64,000 nt of DNA, taken from NCBI RefSeq assembly GCF_963921235.1, contig NC_086097.1:133984001-134048000 (forward strand), written 5' to 3'. The translations under genes were made by a program, and so were the position numbers. Below are positions 49,396 to 61,419 of the stretch, in pieces. The notes under the pieces were generated by a model. It was given only the letters and a program-made list of their open reading frames with translations, ran no database searches and was not told where the DNA came from. Source of the DNA: Mobula hypostoma (lineage: Eukaryota). Each line of letters opens with the position of its first letter. The stretch's first letter is position 1.

Positions 49396-50529
49396 TTTTA
49401 TGAATTAAAAATTTATTTTATTCATAAAAAATAAACGAAATGCAGTAAAATCAGTACACATTATGCTGACATTCATTGTGCCATCAAATCATTACATACC
49501 TTTACAAAACATTAGTCTATCGGCATGTGTTTAAACAATTCACCATGGAATGTTTGATAAGCTGTTACCCAGAACCCAGCCCCCTCAGTGTCCTGTGCTG
49601 GGATAATGCTAGACTGGGGCCCTACCCCACAGAGCCCTTGCAATTGCAGCACCAAGCCTGTGCGTGTCCCTCAGCATGTACATGTCTATTTAAAATGTGT
49701 GAGCTGGTATCGTTCACTTGAGAACACCTGCTTACACTGAAAGGCAAGAAGTTTCAGGCAGACTCAGACTTTCACTGAGTGGATGACCGTCCGGCAGCCA
49801 CTGATGTTTCAGTCAGGGCGTCATCTGTGGTATGTGGGCATCCCCCATTTGTTCTTGAACTGAGTGGCTCATTTCAGAGTTCAGTTTAGAGTCGACCTTA
49901 TTGGTGGGTCTGGAGTCAGCTACTGGTGGGTAAAAATGGTAGATTTTATCTGCTCAAAAATATTAGTGAACCAGAAAGAGCTATTTACTTTATTTTATTT
50001 AACGATAGAGTGTGGGGCAGGCCCTTCCAGCCCTTTGAGCTGCGCCGTCCAGCAACCCCACAACCCCAGTTAACCCTGACCTAATATCAGGACAATTTAC
50101 AATGACTCCGTATGTCCTTGGACCCCAGGAGGAAACCTGAACACCAGGGGAAAACCCACGCATTCCACGGGGAGGACATACAGAGACTCCTTACAGAATG
50201 GCACCAGGATTGAACTCTGAACTCCAAAACGCCCTGAGCTGTCGCATTAACTGCTACGTGACTGGGGGACCTATTTATGCAAGAATCTGGCAATTTCTTG
50301 ATCATATTTTTATATCATTTTATTTTGATTAATTGTTCCTACATGAGTAAATAATACCCCAAAATTGTGTTCAAGGTTCAGGGGTCAGGGACATAGCTAC
50401 CAATGCTCAAGCAACTATATAACTACTTTTTTGCAGTTTAACTCATAACTTCCCAGTTATTATTTTCTGTCGTAAGGGAAAAAATGATTCAGTCCATAAT
50501 GCAAGTGAGTAAGTGAGATGCACATGGTA

Positions 50530-50820
50530 CGAAATGGGTTAAAGGCATTAAAGATAACATGGTCAAAGGTCAGAGATAATGTATGCACCAGGCCTTATTA
50601 CACTAATGGGCCCTATTCAGAGACTTGACGGCTATATAATTAAAGGGCTACTTAACACACTGTTCACGTGATAATGTAATCAAATCCCCATTGTTTATGT
50701 TATAAATAGAGCTAGGGTAGGTGTGAAAATATTAAAACAAACATCAGCAATGCAGTAAATATGCACCATCCATGAAATTTAAACATAGAAGCGATTAAGT
50801 TTCGTGGTGTCAAAATATAG
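50530..50820. promoter_or_regulatory. Candidate mesoderm/cardiac-type enhancer
   Basis: GATA sites (50552, 50574, 50669), DR1 TGGTCAAAGGTCA (50560), E-box CACGTG (50665), SOX/FOX CATTGTTTAT (50689), MEF2 TTATAAATAG (50700) and T-box AGGTGTGAAA (50719). Confidence 0.45.
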
Positions 50821-51044
50821 CATTCCCTTCCATTCTCTTCCCATGGTATCGTCATGGGTAGTTGGAGGAGATACAATGCCATTCCTCTACCTCCTCTCTT
50901 TCCAAAGAGCCCGGACACCTACTCTTGGAGAAGGATCAGATTATCTTTACTTCTTTCAATTGGTACACACTGATTGCTCCTTGCAATGCATTCTCCTCTC
51001 ATAGGCCTGCTGTAACCACGAAGCCGTCACACCAGCAGCCCTAC

Positions 51045-51555
51045 TTTACTTGGAGTTTGAGGAGATTTGGTATGTCACCACAGACCCTTATAGATATGCG
51101 GCAGAGAGCATTCTGACTTGTAACATCATAGCCTGGTATGGAAGCTCCAATGCACGGGATCGTAAAAAGCTACAGAGGGTTGTAGAGCCAGCCATCTTCA
51201 TCGTGGATGCAATTCTCCCACAATTCAGAGTATCTTCAAAGGGCTGTGTCTCAAGAAGGAGGACTAAAGACTGTCACCATCCAGTACGTGACCTCTTCTC
51301 ATTACTACCATCGAGAAGGTGGAGCAGGAGCCTGAAGATCCACACTCAACCATTCAGGAGCATCCCCTTCCCCTCTGCCATCAGTTTTCTGAACCACCCA
51401 TGAACCCATGAACATTACCTCATTGTTGCTTTTTTTTCAAAATGTATTCTAATTTTGTAAGTTACACTAATTTTATGTCTTTACACTGTATTTCTGTGGC
51501 AAAACAGCAAACCACATCATACAAGGCAGGAAAAATAAATCTAATTCTGATTCTG
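51045..51555 (+). mobile_element. Rex1/Babar-like 3' fragment
   Basis: ORF 51050-51403 reads YRYAAESILTCNIIAWYG...DRKKLQRVV...LFSLLPSRR, with a (TTCTGA)n tail. Confidence 0.85.
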
Positions 51556-51591
51556 TTTTGTTGTCTTCTGGGGTAGACCAAATATAGACTA

Positions 51592-51885
51592 GGTGATGTA
51601 GCGTAGTGGTCAGCACAACACTTTACAGTACAGGTGACCCGGGTTCAATTCCCGCCACTGCCTGTAAAGAATTTGTACATTCTCCCTGTGACCACGTGTG
51701 TTTCCTCTGGGTGCTCCGGTTTCCCCCCACAGTCCAAAGGCATACCGGCTGGCAGGTTAATTGGTCATTGTAAATTGTCCCATGATTAGGCTCGGATTAA
51801 ATTCAGGGAATGGGGCGGGCGGCTTGGCTCAAAGTGTCTGAAGGACTTACTCTGCACTGGATCACTACATAAATTCAAAATAAAT
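51592..51885 (+). mobile_element. Full-length V-SINE (HE1-like)
   Basis: Pol III A box TAGCGTAGTGG (51599), B box GGTTCAATTCC (51642) and V-domain GTTTCCTCTGGGTGCTCCGGTTTCC..CCACAGTCCAAAG. Antisense copies at about 30700-30890, 50060-50260 and 62310-62500. Confidence 0.85.
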
Positions 51886-52685
51886 CAAGCTTTTGGTTTC
51901 CTGCCCCTTTAATTCCATTGCCCTCTTCATCTTGGTCTTCAGCCTTCTACAATACTCAATAGGAGCCTGAGGGGCAGCACATTACCTCCAGACTGCATGT
52001 GTTATTGACATCCTGACCCAACATTGGAATTCAACTACTTCAGCTGTTCTGCTATATCTACACCTCCGACTGATCTGGGAATGCAACTAACATAACCAAG
52101 GACTACTCACACCCTGTCATTCTCTCTTCTCCCCTCTACCATCAGACAGAAGAAACAAAAGCCTAAGCACAACAACCAGACTCAAAGACAGCTTCTCTCC
52201 CACTGTTATCAAACTCTTGAACGGCCTTCTCATGCACTAAAAGGTGAACTCCCGATCTCCCAACCCACCTCGCCATGGCCCTTGTACTCTGTAACTCAAC
52301 ACCTCGTTTTCTTTTTACCTAAAGGGTAAAGATCCATCTAAAGGGTGTGCAAAATACAGCGTTCCACTATACCTCGTACAAGTGATAGTAATAAACCAAT
52401 ACAAATATCTTCTCTTGTGTCAGAACATAGAGAGTACAGCACAGTACAAGCCCTTCAACCCATGATGTTATGACATCTTAACCTACTCTAACCCTTCCCT
52501 CCCACATAGCCCTTATTTTGCTTTTATTATGTGCCTAAGTCTCTTAAATGTCCCTAATGTACCTAAAATTCAAAGTAAATTTTATTATCACAGTACATAT
52601 ATGTCACCATATACAACCCTGAAATTCAGTTTCTTCTGAGTATACTCAACAAATCTATAGAATAACAACAATAACAGAATCAATG

Positions 52686-54473
52686 AGGATGCTAAAAGTT
52701 TCTTCGGATACATAAAGTGTAAAAGAGAGGTGAGAGAGGGCTGGCGACATTAAAGTGGCAGAAGAAATGAATAAGTATTTTGCTCCAGTCTTCATGGAGG
52801 AAGACACTAGCAGTATGGTGGAAGTTCCAGGTATCAGAGGTCATGAGTACGCGGAGGTACCATAACTAGAGAGAAGGTTCTTGGGAAACTGAAATGTCTG
52901 AAGGTAGATAAGTCACCTGGACCACATGGTGTATACCCCAGTGTGCTGAAAGTGTTGGCTGGAGAGACTGTGGCGGCATTAGTCATGATCACTCAAGAGT
53001 CACTAGATTCTGGAAGGTTCTGGAAGACTGGAAAATTGCAAATGTCACTCCACTCTTCAAGAAGGGAGAGAGGCAGAAGAAAGGAAACTACAGGCCAATT
53101 AGTCTAACCTCAGTGGTTGGGAAGATGTTGGAGTCGATTATTAAGGATGCTTTCTCAGGGTACTAGGATGCACATATTAATATAGGCCATAGTCAGCGTG
53201 GTTTCCTCAAGGGGAAAATCTTGACTGACAAATCTGTTGGAATTCTTTGAAGAAATAACAAGCAGGATAGACAAAGGAGAATCAGTTGATATTGTGTACT
53301 TGCATTTTCAGAAAGCAATTGACAAGGTGCCACACATGAGGCTGCTTAACAAGCAATGGGCCCATGATACTACAGAAAAGATTCTAGCATGGATAAAGCA
53401 GTGGCTGATTGGCAGAAGGCAAAGAGTGGGAAAAAAGGGAGCCTTTTCTAGCAGGCTGCCGGTGACTAGTAGTGTTCCACAGGGGTCTGTGTTGGGATCT
53501 ATTCTTTTTACGTTATGTGTCAATGATTTGGATGATAGAATTGATGGCTTTGTTGCAAAGTTTGCAAATGATATGAAGGTAAATGGATGGGCAGGTAGCT
53601 TTGAGGAAGCAGAGAGGCTATAGAAGGACTTAGATTAGGGGAACGGGCAAAGATATGGCAGATGGAATACAGTGTTGGAAAGTGTATGGTCATGCACTTT
53701 GGTGGAAGAAATGAAAAAGTTGACTATTTTCTAAATGGAGAGAAAATACAAAAAAAAACTGAGGCGCAAACGGACTTGGGAGTCTTGTGCAGGATTCCCG
53801 AAAGGTTAACTTACAGGTTGAGTCTGTGGTGAGGAAGGCATATGCAATTCAAGAGGACTAGAACATAAAAGCAAGGATGTAATGTTCAGACTTAATAAAG
53901 CACTGGTGAGGGCTCACTTGGAGTATTGTTAGCAGTTTTGAGGCTTTATCTTGAGAGGATGTGCTGAAACTGGAGAGGGTTCAAAGCAGGTTCACAAACA
54001 TGATTCCAAGATTGAATGGCTTGTCATATGAAAAACATTTGATGGCTCTGGGGCTATATTTGCTGGAATTCAGAAAAATGAGGAGTGCCCTAACTGAAAC
54101 CTATCGAATGGTAAACGGCCTTGATGGAGTGGACGTGGAGAAGATGTTTCCTATGGTGGGAGAATCTAAGACCAGAGGACACAGCCTCAGAAGGGCCGTC
54201 CTTTTAGGATGGAGATGAGGACGAATTTCCTTAGCCAGAATCTGCTGAATCTATGGACTTCTTTGCCACAGGCAGCTGCAGGGGGCCAAGTCTTTATGTA
54301 TATCTAAGGCAAAGGTTGATAGATCCTCGGTTAGTCAGGGCATGAAGGGTTATGGGGAAAAGGCAGGAGATTGGGTCTGAGAAGAAAATTGGATCTGCCA
54401 TGATGAAATGGCAGAGTGGACTCGATGGGCCAAATGGACTAATTCTGCTCCTACATCTTATGGTCTTATGGTC
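52686..54473 (+). mobile_element. CR1 ORF2 reverse-transcriptase region and 3' end (pseudogenised)
   Basis: LEFFEEITSRIDKGESVDIVYLHFQKAIDKVPH...VPQGSVLG...KFANDMK and LERVQSRFT. Tail (TCTTATGG)2; stops and frameshifts. Confidence 0.92.
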
Positions 54474-56443
54474 GATGAAAGATTGTCCAACTAGGGTGTT
54501 CAACCAAAGTGCAGAAGACAACAAACTGTGCAAAAATATGAAAAGAATAAATAAATAGATAGATAGATAGACAAATATTGAGAACGTGAGATGAAGAGTC
54601 CTCTACCACGACCCCTGACAGCATATTCCACTCACTCAACACTCTCTCTGGAAAAAAAACCTATCTATGCCAGCTCCCCTGAACTTTCTTTCAATCACTG
54701 TAAAATGACTCCCCCCTTCTATTAGCCATTTCCACCTCGGGTAAAAGTCTCTGGCTATCCACTATATCTACGCCTCTTATCATCTTGTACTACTCTATCA
54801 AGTCACTCTTCATTCTCCTTCACTCCAAAAGGAAAACCCCTTCCTCACTCAAATTATCCTCATAAGGCATGCTCTTATATCCAAACAGCATCGTGGTAAA
54901 TCTCCTCTGCACCCTGCTATCTATCTTCCTCTTCTCAGCCCTGTTCTGCATCCTATCAATGTCCCACTGTAAACTACGACAACCACTGTAAACTATGTCC
55001 CAAAGTAAACTATACTGTCCACAACTCCTCCAGCCTTCATGTCATCTGCAGACTTAACCCATCCTTCCACTTCCTCATGCAAGTCATTTATAAAAATCAC
55101 AAAGAGCTAGTGCTCCAGAACAGGTCACTGCAGAACATCAACTTCCAGGCAGAATATGCTCTGTCTATTACTACTCTTAGTCTTCTGTGAGCTAGCCAAT
55201 TCTGCCATGTTTCCCTGAATTCCGTGCCTCCTCACTTTTCGAATAAGCCTGCCATGGAGAGCCTCGTCAAACACCTTAACTAAAATCTATATAAACCACG
55301 CCCACCGCTCTACCTTCATCAATTTGTTTTGTCACTTCCTCGAAGTATTTAGTTAGGCTTCTGAGACGTGACTTTCCTCTCAAAACCCTGCTGATTATCC
55401 CTGTCCTTCTCCAAATGCTCATATATCCTGTCTCTGAGAATCCTTTCCAATGGTTTACCTGCCAGTAATGTAAAACTCATGGTGTATGATTTCCAGGGTT
55501 ATCCTATAAACATTTTTGAACGAAGGAATAACATTTGCCACCCTCTAATCTCTTGATACCACACCTATGACCAGTCAGGATGCAAAGATCATAGTCACAG
55601 GTGCAGCAATCTCTTCCCTTACTTCCAGTAGTAACCTGGGGTATATCATGACTAGTCCCGGGGACTTATCTATCCTAACATTTTTCAAAAGATCCAGTAT
55701 ATCCTCTTTCTCAATATTCCGGCATATTAGCCTGTTTTACACTCCCTCACATTCATCAAGGTCCTTCTCACTGGTGAATAATGAAGCAAAGTATTCATTA
55801 AGAACATCCCCTACATCCTTCAACACCAGGCCAATGTTTCCTCTTTTATCCCTGATCGTCCAACCCCTCACACTAGTCATACACTTGTTCTTCAAGTAGT
55901 GTGGATTCCCTTAGTCCTGCTCACCAAGGCCTTCTCATATCTCCTTCTAGCTCTCCTAAGTCCATTCTTAAGCTTTTTCCTGACTATCCTGTAACTCTCC
56001 ATTTTCCCTATCTGATCCTTTAAGTATGCTTCTTTCTTCCTCTTAACTAGATGTTCCACATCCCTTGTCAACCTTGGTTCCTTCATCCTACCATCCTTTT
56101 CCTTTCCTCAATGGGACAAACCTATCCAAAACCCCATGCAAGTGCTTCCCAAAGAACCTCTACATTTCCAATGTGCAATTTCATCAGCACATATGTTCTC
56201 AATTTACACTCCAAAATTCCTGACTAATAACATCATAATTTGCCCTCCTTAAATTAAATATTTTCCCATACCATCTGTTCCTATCCCTATTCAAGACTAT
56301 AGTATAGGTCAGTTGTGGTCACTGTCTCTGAAATACTCACCCAACAAGAGACCCGTCACCTGACCAGGTCCATTGCCTAATACCAGAACCAAAATGACCT
56401 CTCTTCTAGTCAGCCTGTCTACACATTGAGGGTCTGTAAATAG

Positions 56444-57005
56444 ACCATAAGAGCATAAAACATAGGAGCAGAATTAGGCTAATCGGCCCATCGAGTTGGC
56501 TCCATCATTCCATCATGGCTGATTTATTATGCCTCTCAACCCCATTCTCCTGCTGTCTCCCTGTGACCTTTGAACCCCTCACTAATTAAGGATCTATCAA
56601 ACTCAGCTTTATATATTCCCACTGACTTGGCCTCCACAGCCATCTGTGGCAATGAATTCCACAGATTCACCACCCTCTGGCTAAAGAAATTCCTCCTCAC
56701 CTGTGTTCTTAAGGGACATTCTATTTTGAGGTAGTGCTCTATGGTACTTGTCTCCATCACTATAGGAAATAGCCTCTCCATCTCTACTCCGTGTAAGCCT
56801 TTCAATATTCGATAGGTTTCAATGAGATTCCCCCCTTCGCTCATTGTTCCAGATTCCAGTGAGTACAGGCCCAGAGCCTTCAAACACTCATCAAACATTA
56901 ACCCTGTCATTCCTGGAAGCATTCTCGTGAACCTCTTCTGGACTCTTTCTAATGCCAGCATACCCTTTCTCAGAGAAGGGGCTCAAAAACCACTCACAGT
57001 ACTCA
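56444..57005 (-). mobile_element. CR1 3' end nested in the longer CR1
   Basis: ORF 56536-56961 reads LALERVQKRFTRMLPGM...RRNFFSQRVVNLWNSLPQ. Confidence 0.88.
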
Positions 57006-58929
57006 TAAAAGGGTGACGTCACCCTTCCTGTTTCTGATATCCACCCACAACGACTCAATACGTGATCGCTCCACAGCGCCCTCCCTTTCTACAGCTATGG
57101 GGGTGGGGGTGGGGTTGTTGCCTTGCTGCTGCTTGTGCATGGGAGGGGGAAGCTGGAGGGGGGGCTTTGGGGTTCTAACATTTCAACTGCCATTCATTCT
57201 TTGGGGCACTTCTCTGTTTTCGTGGATGTCTGCGAAGAAAAAGAATTTCAGGATGTATATTGTATACATTTCTCTGACATTAAATGAATCTGTTGAAACC
57301 TATTGATACCAGCACTTATTAGTAATACCACTCCCCAACCTCTTTTACATTACGCTCTGTCCCTTCTGAAATAACTAAACCCCAAAATATTCAGTAGCCA
57401 TTCCTGCTCTGATGACAGCCGTGATATTATAGTTCTATGTATCGATCCATGCCGAAATTTCATCACCACTGTTCCTGGTATTTTCTGCATTAAAGTAGAT
57501 ACATTTCAACCCATCCAACTGACTGCAATTATGCCCTATTGTGGGTGTGCTGTATTGGTGCTGGAATGTATGGCAACATTTGCGGGCTGCACCCAACCCA
57601 TTCTGCATTGGTTGTGTTGATTGTTAAAGCAAATGATGCCTTTCACTGTATGTTTTAATGTACAAGGGATAAATAAATCTGAAAATGAATCCGAATCGAT
57701 CCACTTTCATCCTCCCTCACAGTCTCTCTACACATAACACCTACATTTACACAAACTGCTTCATCTTCTGACCAATCATTCTGGTTCCCAAACCCCTGCC
57801 AAACCAGCTTAAAGCCTCCCCAACAGCTCCATCAAACCTGCCCACAAGGATATTGGTCCGCATCGAGTTTAGGTGCAAGCTGTCCCTTTACACAGGTCAT
57901 ACCTTCCCCAGAAAAGATCTCAATGATCCACAAATCTGAAACCCTACCCCCTGCACCAATTCCTTAGCCACACATTCATCTACCAAATCATCCTATTCTT
58001 ACCTCACTGGCACATGGCATAGCCAGCAATCCAGAGCTTACTACCCTTGAGGTCCTGCTTTTCAGCTTCCTACCTAGTTCCCTATACTGTCCCCTCAGGA
58101 CCTCACCTCTTCCTCCTTACATCGTTGGTACCAATATATATATACCATGACTTCTGGCTCCTCATCCTCCCCCTTTAGCCATGCCGTGGATCCGACCTGA
58201 GACATCCCTGACCCTGGCATCTGGGAGGTAACATACCACTTGGGATGTCTCTTTCACTTCCACAGATTCTCCTGTCTGCTGCCCTAACAATGGGATCCCC
58301 TTTCACCACCGCTTCCCTCTTCAGCTCCCTTCTCTTCTGAGTCACAGAACCAGACTCAGTGCTGCAGATCTGGTCGCTGTGGCTTTCCCTTGGTTGATCA
58401 TTCACTTCTCCCCCCACCCCCCCCCGCCACCAAAAATAGTATCCAAAGCAAAGCACTGGTTATTGACGGGAACAGCAATGTTAGCCCAGCTCTCCAATTC
58501 TCTCCTTCCATCCCCCGTCATAGTGTCTTCTGTTTTCCATGTTCTTCCTTCCTTTCTCCTTGTTTTACCTCAAATTTATGTCAGTTCTGATGAAAGCCCA
58601 ATGATCTGAAAGATTTTTCACTCCTCCAATGGACCTGAGTATTTGTAACATCTTATTTGTTAATTTCAGATTTCTAAACCTGCTATATCTGAAAGTCAGT
58701 TGATGACCCGAAAAAAAACAAGCAAGCATGAGCGTACAGTTTTGTTGAAAGATAATCTTTGTAATGAAGTTTAGCAAATAATTTTGAGCTAGGGAGGGAG
58801 CATTTGTTATTAAATGACCAGATATAACTAGCAACCTTCTTGCCAACAAGTCAAACTGAAAATTAACTCACTCCTGGAGTTGATTATCTGAACTCCCACT
58901 CCAAGTGCTGTCTCACAGTGTTCTGTGAA

Positions 58930-60480
58930 GCTGTATCAGAACCCTATTATTTTTATACTCCACAATTTTTACAATAAAGGCCAATGATCCATTAGTCTAC
59001 GTAATTCATTGTTGTGCCTCCATGTTAATTTTCACATACTAGGGGTCCATTGTATTACAATACATCTTAAACTTTGTTCCATTTAAGCAGCAAGCTACAT
59101 CTTCATTTTTCTTTCTCAGATGGATAATCCGACATTTCCCCACAATACACTCCATCTACCAATGTTTTGCCCTCGTATTCAATCTATCTACATCACTTTG
59201 TAGGGTAACGATGTCCTCTTCATCACTTGTGAACCAAGCCACATCAACAGCAAATCTGTCTGTGGTACATTTGCCCCCTTCATCCGGGTCATCTATACAG
59301 ATTATGAACAGTTGAGGCCATAGAAGTGATCTTTGTATCACCAAACTAGTGACTGATTGCTGATCCAAAAATGGTCAACTTATCCCAACGTTCTGTTTAT
59401 ATACTGTTCAACTCTCTGTGCTATTGCCTAATGCAGTACCCTTTCATGTTGTACCTTATTAAAAGCCTCCTAAGAATCCAAATGCATTACATTTGATGGC
59501 TGTCCTGTATCCACCCCATTTGCTACATCCTCAAAGAACTCTATCAAATTTATAAAACATATTTTTCCTTTCATAAGCCTTGTTGACTCTGCTTGAATAT
59601 CCTACGACTCCAAAAGCACTGTTATTATCTCTTCAATAATGGATTCAAACATTGACCCAATGATAGGTGTTAAACTACTTGGCCTACAGTTTCATCCATT
59701 CTGCCTCCCTCTTTTCTCAAATAGTAATGTTACATTTTCAGTTTTCTACCACTCTGTGACTATTCCAGGAACCAGGGGATTTTGGAGTGGTCACAGAGCA
59801 TTGAAAAACAGTGTACATGATTTGAGACTTTTCTCAGAGATTACAAAAATATGCAAATTAATCAGAAATTGTATTTGCTTTTCACCTATAAAACAATAAA
59901 AAAACTTTCATTTATACAGCCCCAATGGTTTGCAAAATACAACCCTGCGCACTCACTACCTCTGCAACCACTTCCTTTATGATGCTGGCTATCAGGGCAC
60001 TTATGACCTATGGGCCCATTAATATGTCCAGTACTTCTCTTCTAGTAATAAAAGCTGTTTCAAATTCCCAGTTTTCCTGTTCCCCATTATTCATCCTTAG
60101 TTTCAATCTCCAATGTTTCCTTCAACTACTCCTTTCCTTTTTTATATGTCTATTTTGGCCCATATCCTCCTATTCCTTTCCTATCTGTGTACTCATTAAA
60201 ATGCCTTTAAAAACTGTGACTTTTACCATCTCTTCAGGTATCTTCTTCCCATACACTCACCACCCTCTGTGTGAAAAACTTACTCCTCCGATCTCCCCTT
60301 ATCGCCCTAAGGCTATGTCTTCTAGTGGTAAACACTCCTACCCTTTGAGGTAGACTGTGACTCTACTGCATCCACGGCCCTCACAACATAAGGTCACCTC
60401 TCAGCCTCCTGCAATCCAGTGAGAACAATCCCAGCCTATCCGATCCCTCCACTGCAGGCACCATCCTGGTGAATCTCTTC
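58930..60480 (-). mobile_element. Old CR1 ORF2 (RT) fragments
   Basis: Minus ORF 59156-59368 reads LFIICIDDPDEG...RFAVD...LQSDVDRL. Confidence 0.7.
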
Positions 60481-61179
60481 TGCAATCAGAAGAGCCTTGC
60501 TCTATGTCAGAAATAAGTATGAGAAATATGTTACGATACTGAAGAAGATTACATAGACTAAAAGGTACAAAGTGAGGAGACATGAAAGTTCATAAGAGAA
60601 TTTAAGGTCAAGTGTTACTTAACATAGCCTGGGAGCAACTTGAATCTGGTGTGACTCAGATCAAGTATAACAGGGTTTTAGGTTTAAGGATATTTAGTTG
60701 CATATTTTGCAAGAAATGAAAGTCACTTCAAAAATAATGTGTAATCAAATTTATAAAATAAGTTAACCACTAATTATAATGACCTGTTACAAGTATCCAC
60801 AGTATCTTCGTCCAAACTCGAGATATTTCCGTCTGTGATTTGTTGGGACATGCACAGGCCAGGAATATTATCCTGGGAATGGTTATCTTTTTTGACAGAG
60901 CTACTTAATTTGTATGTCTCGGAGTTCAAGTCTTTTTAGCTTTTTTTTAATCAGGTATGATAGTAAAATTTAAGAGGCATTTAGACGGCCACATGAACAA
61001 GAGGGGATAGAGGGATATAGACTATGGGCAGGCAGTTTAAATTGCCATTGTGATCAGCAGAAATGTCAGGAGCCAAAAGCTTGTGCAGCGATGTTCTGTG
61101 TTCTATCTGTCCGTGCTGATGACAAAACTAAAAATTCTTCTAAATGCCGATAAAAAAAACAATTATATTGTTTCCATAA

Positions 61180-61385
61180 TGGGGAGAGAAAAGGAAAAAA
61201 AGATTTTTATGGGGGGAGGGAGAGCACAGGAAAGTATTGAGGGAAAAGAGAGAAAGGATAAGGGGAAGATAAAAAGAGATAACGGGAAGAGAAAAGAGGG
61301 GATAAAAATAAAAACGAGAATGATAAAGATAGCGGAGAGAAAAGTAAAAGGAGGAAGAAGACAGCAGGACGAGGAGAAGGGGTGC
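61180..61385. repeat. Purine-rich (A/G) low-complexity tract
   Basis: Almost exclusively A/G on the + strand. Explains the K/R/E-rich spurious ORF 61050-61388. Confidence 0.85.
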
Positions 61386-61419
61386 TGATTTATCTGCTAT
61401 CAAATGTTGGGAATCCTGC

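Larger units (their letters stand above)
52420..58480 (-). mobile_element. Near full-length, internally deleted CR1 (ORF1 esterase through ORF2 to tail) with nested insertions
   Basis: Minus ORF 58175-58456 AVVKGDPIVRAADRRICG matches the CR1 ORF1 SGNH esterase (GDSIVR) motif. Endonuclease, tether and RT remnants at 54600-57500, and the tail at 52420-52560. Confidence 0.75.

Noticed and set aside
49397..49430. Inverted repeat TTTTATGAAT...ATTCATAAAA (also an AT palindrome near 10470-10495)
   Set aside because: Short, almost purely A/T, and expected by chance. No TSD or family evidence.
51592..51665. tRNA gene
   Set aside because: A and B boxes are present, but it continues into a V-SINE body with no complete cloverleaf or terminator. 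It is a SINE head.
53237..53623. Reverse transcriptase as part of a novel system (retron/DGR-like)
   Set aside because: Ordinary decayed CR1 ORF2 with its canonical 3' tail.
61050..61388. K/R/E-rich 112-aa ORF
   Set aside because: Translation of a purine-rich low-complexity tract.
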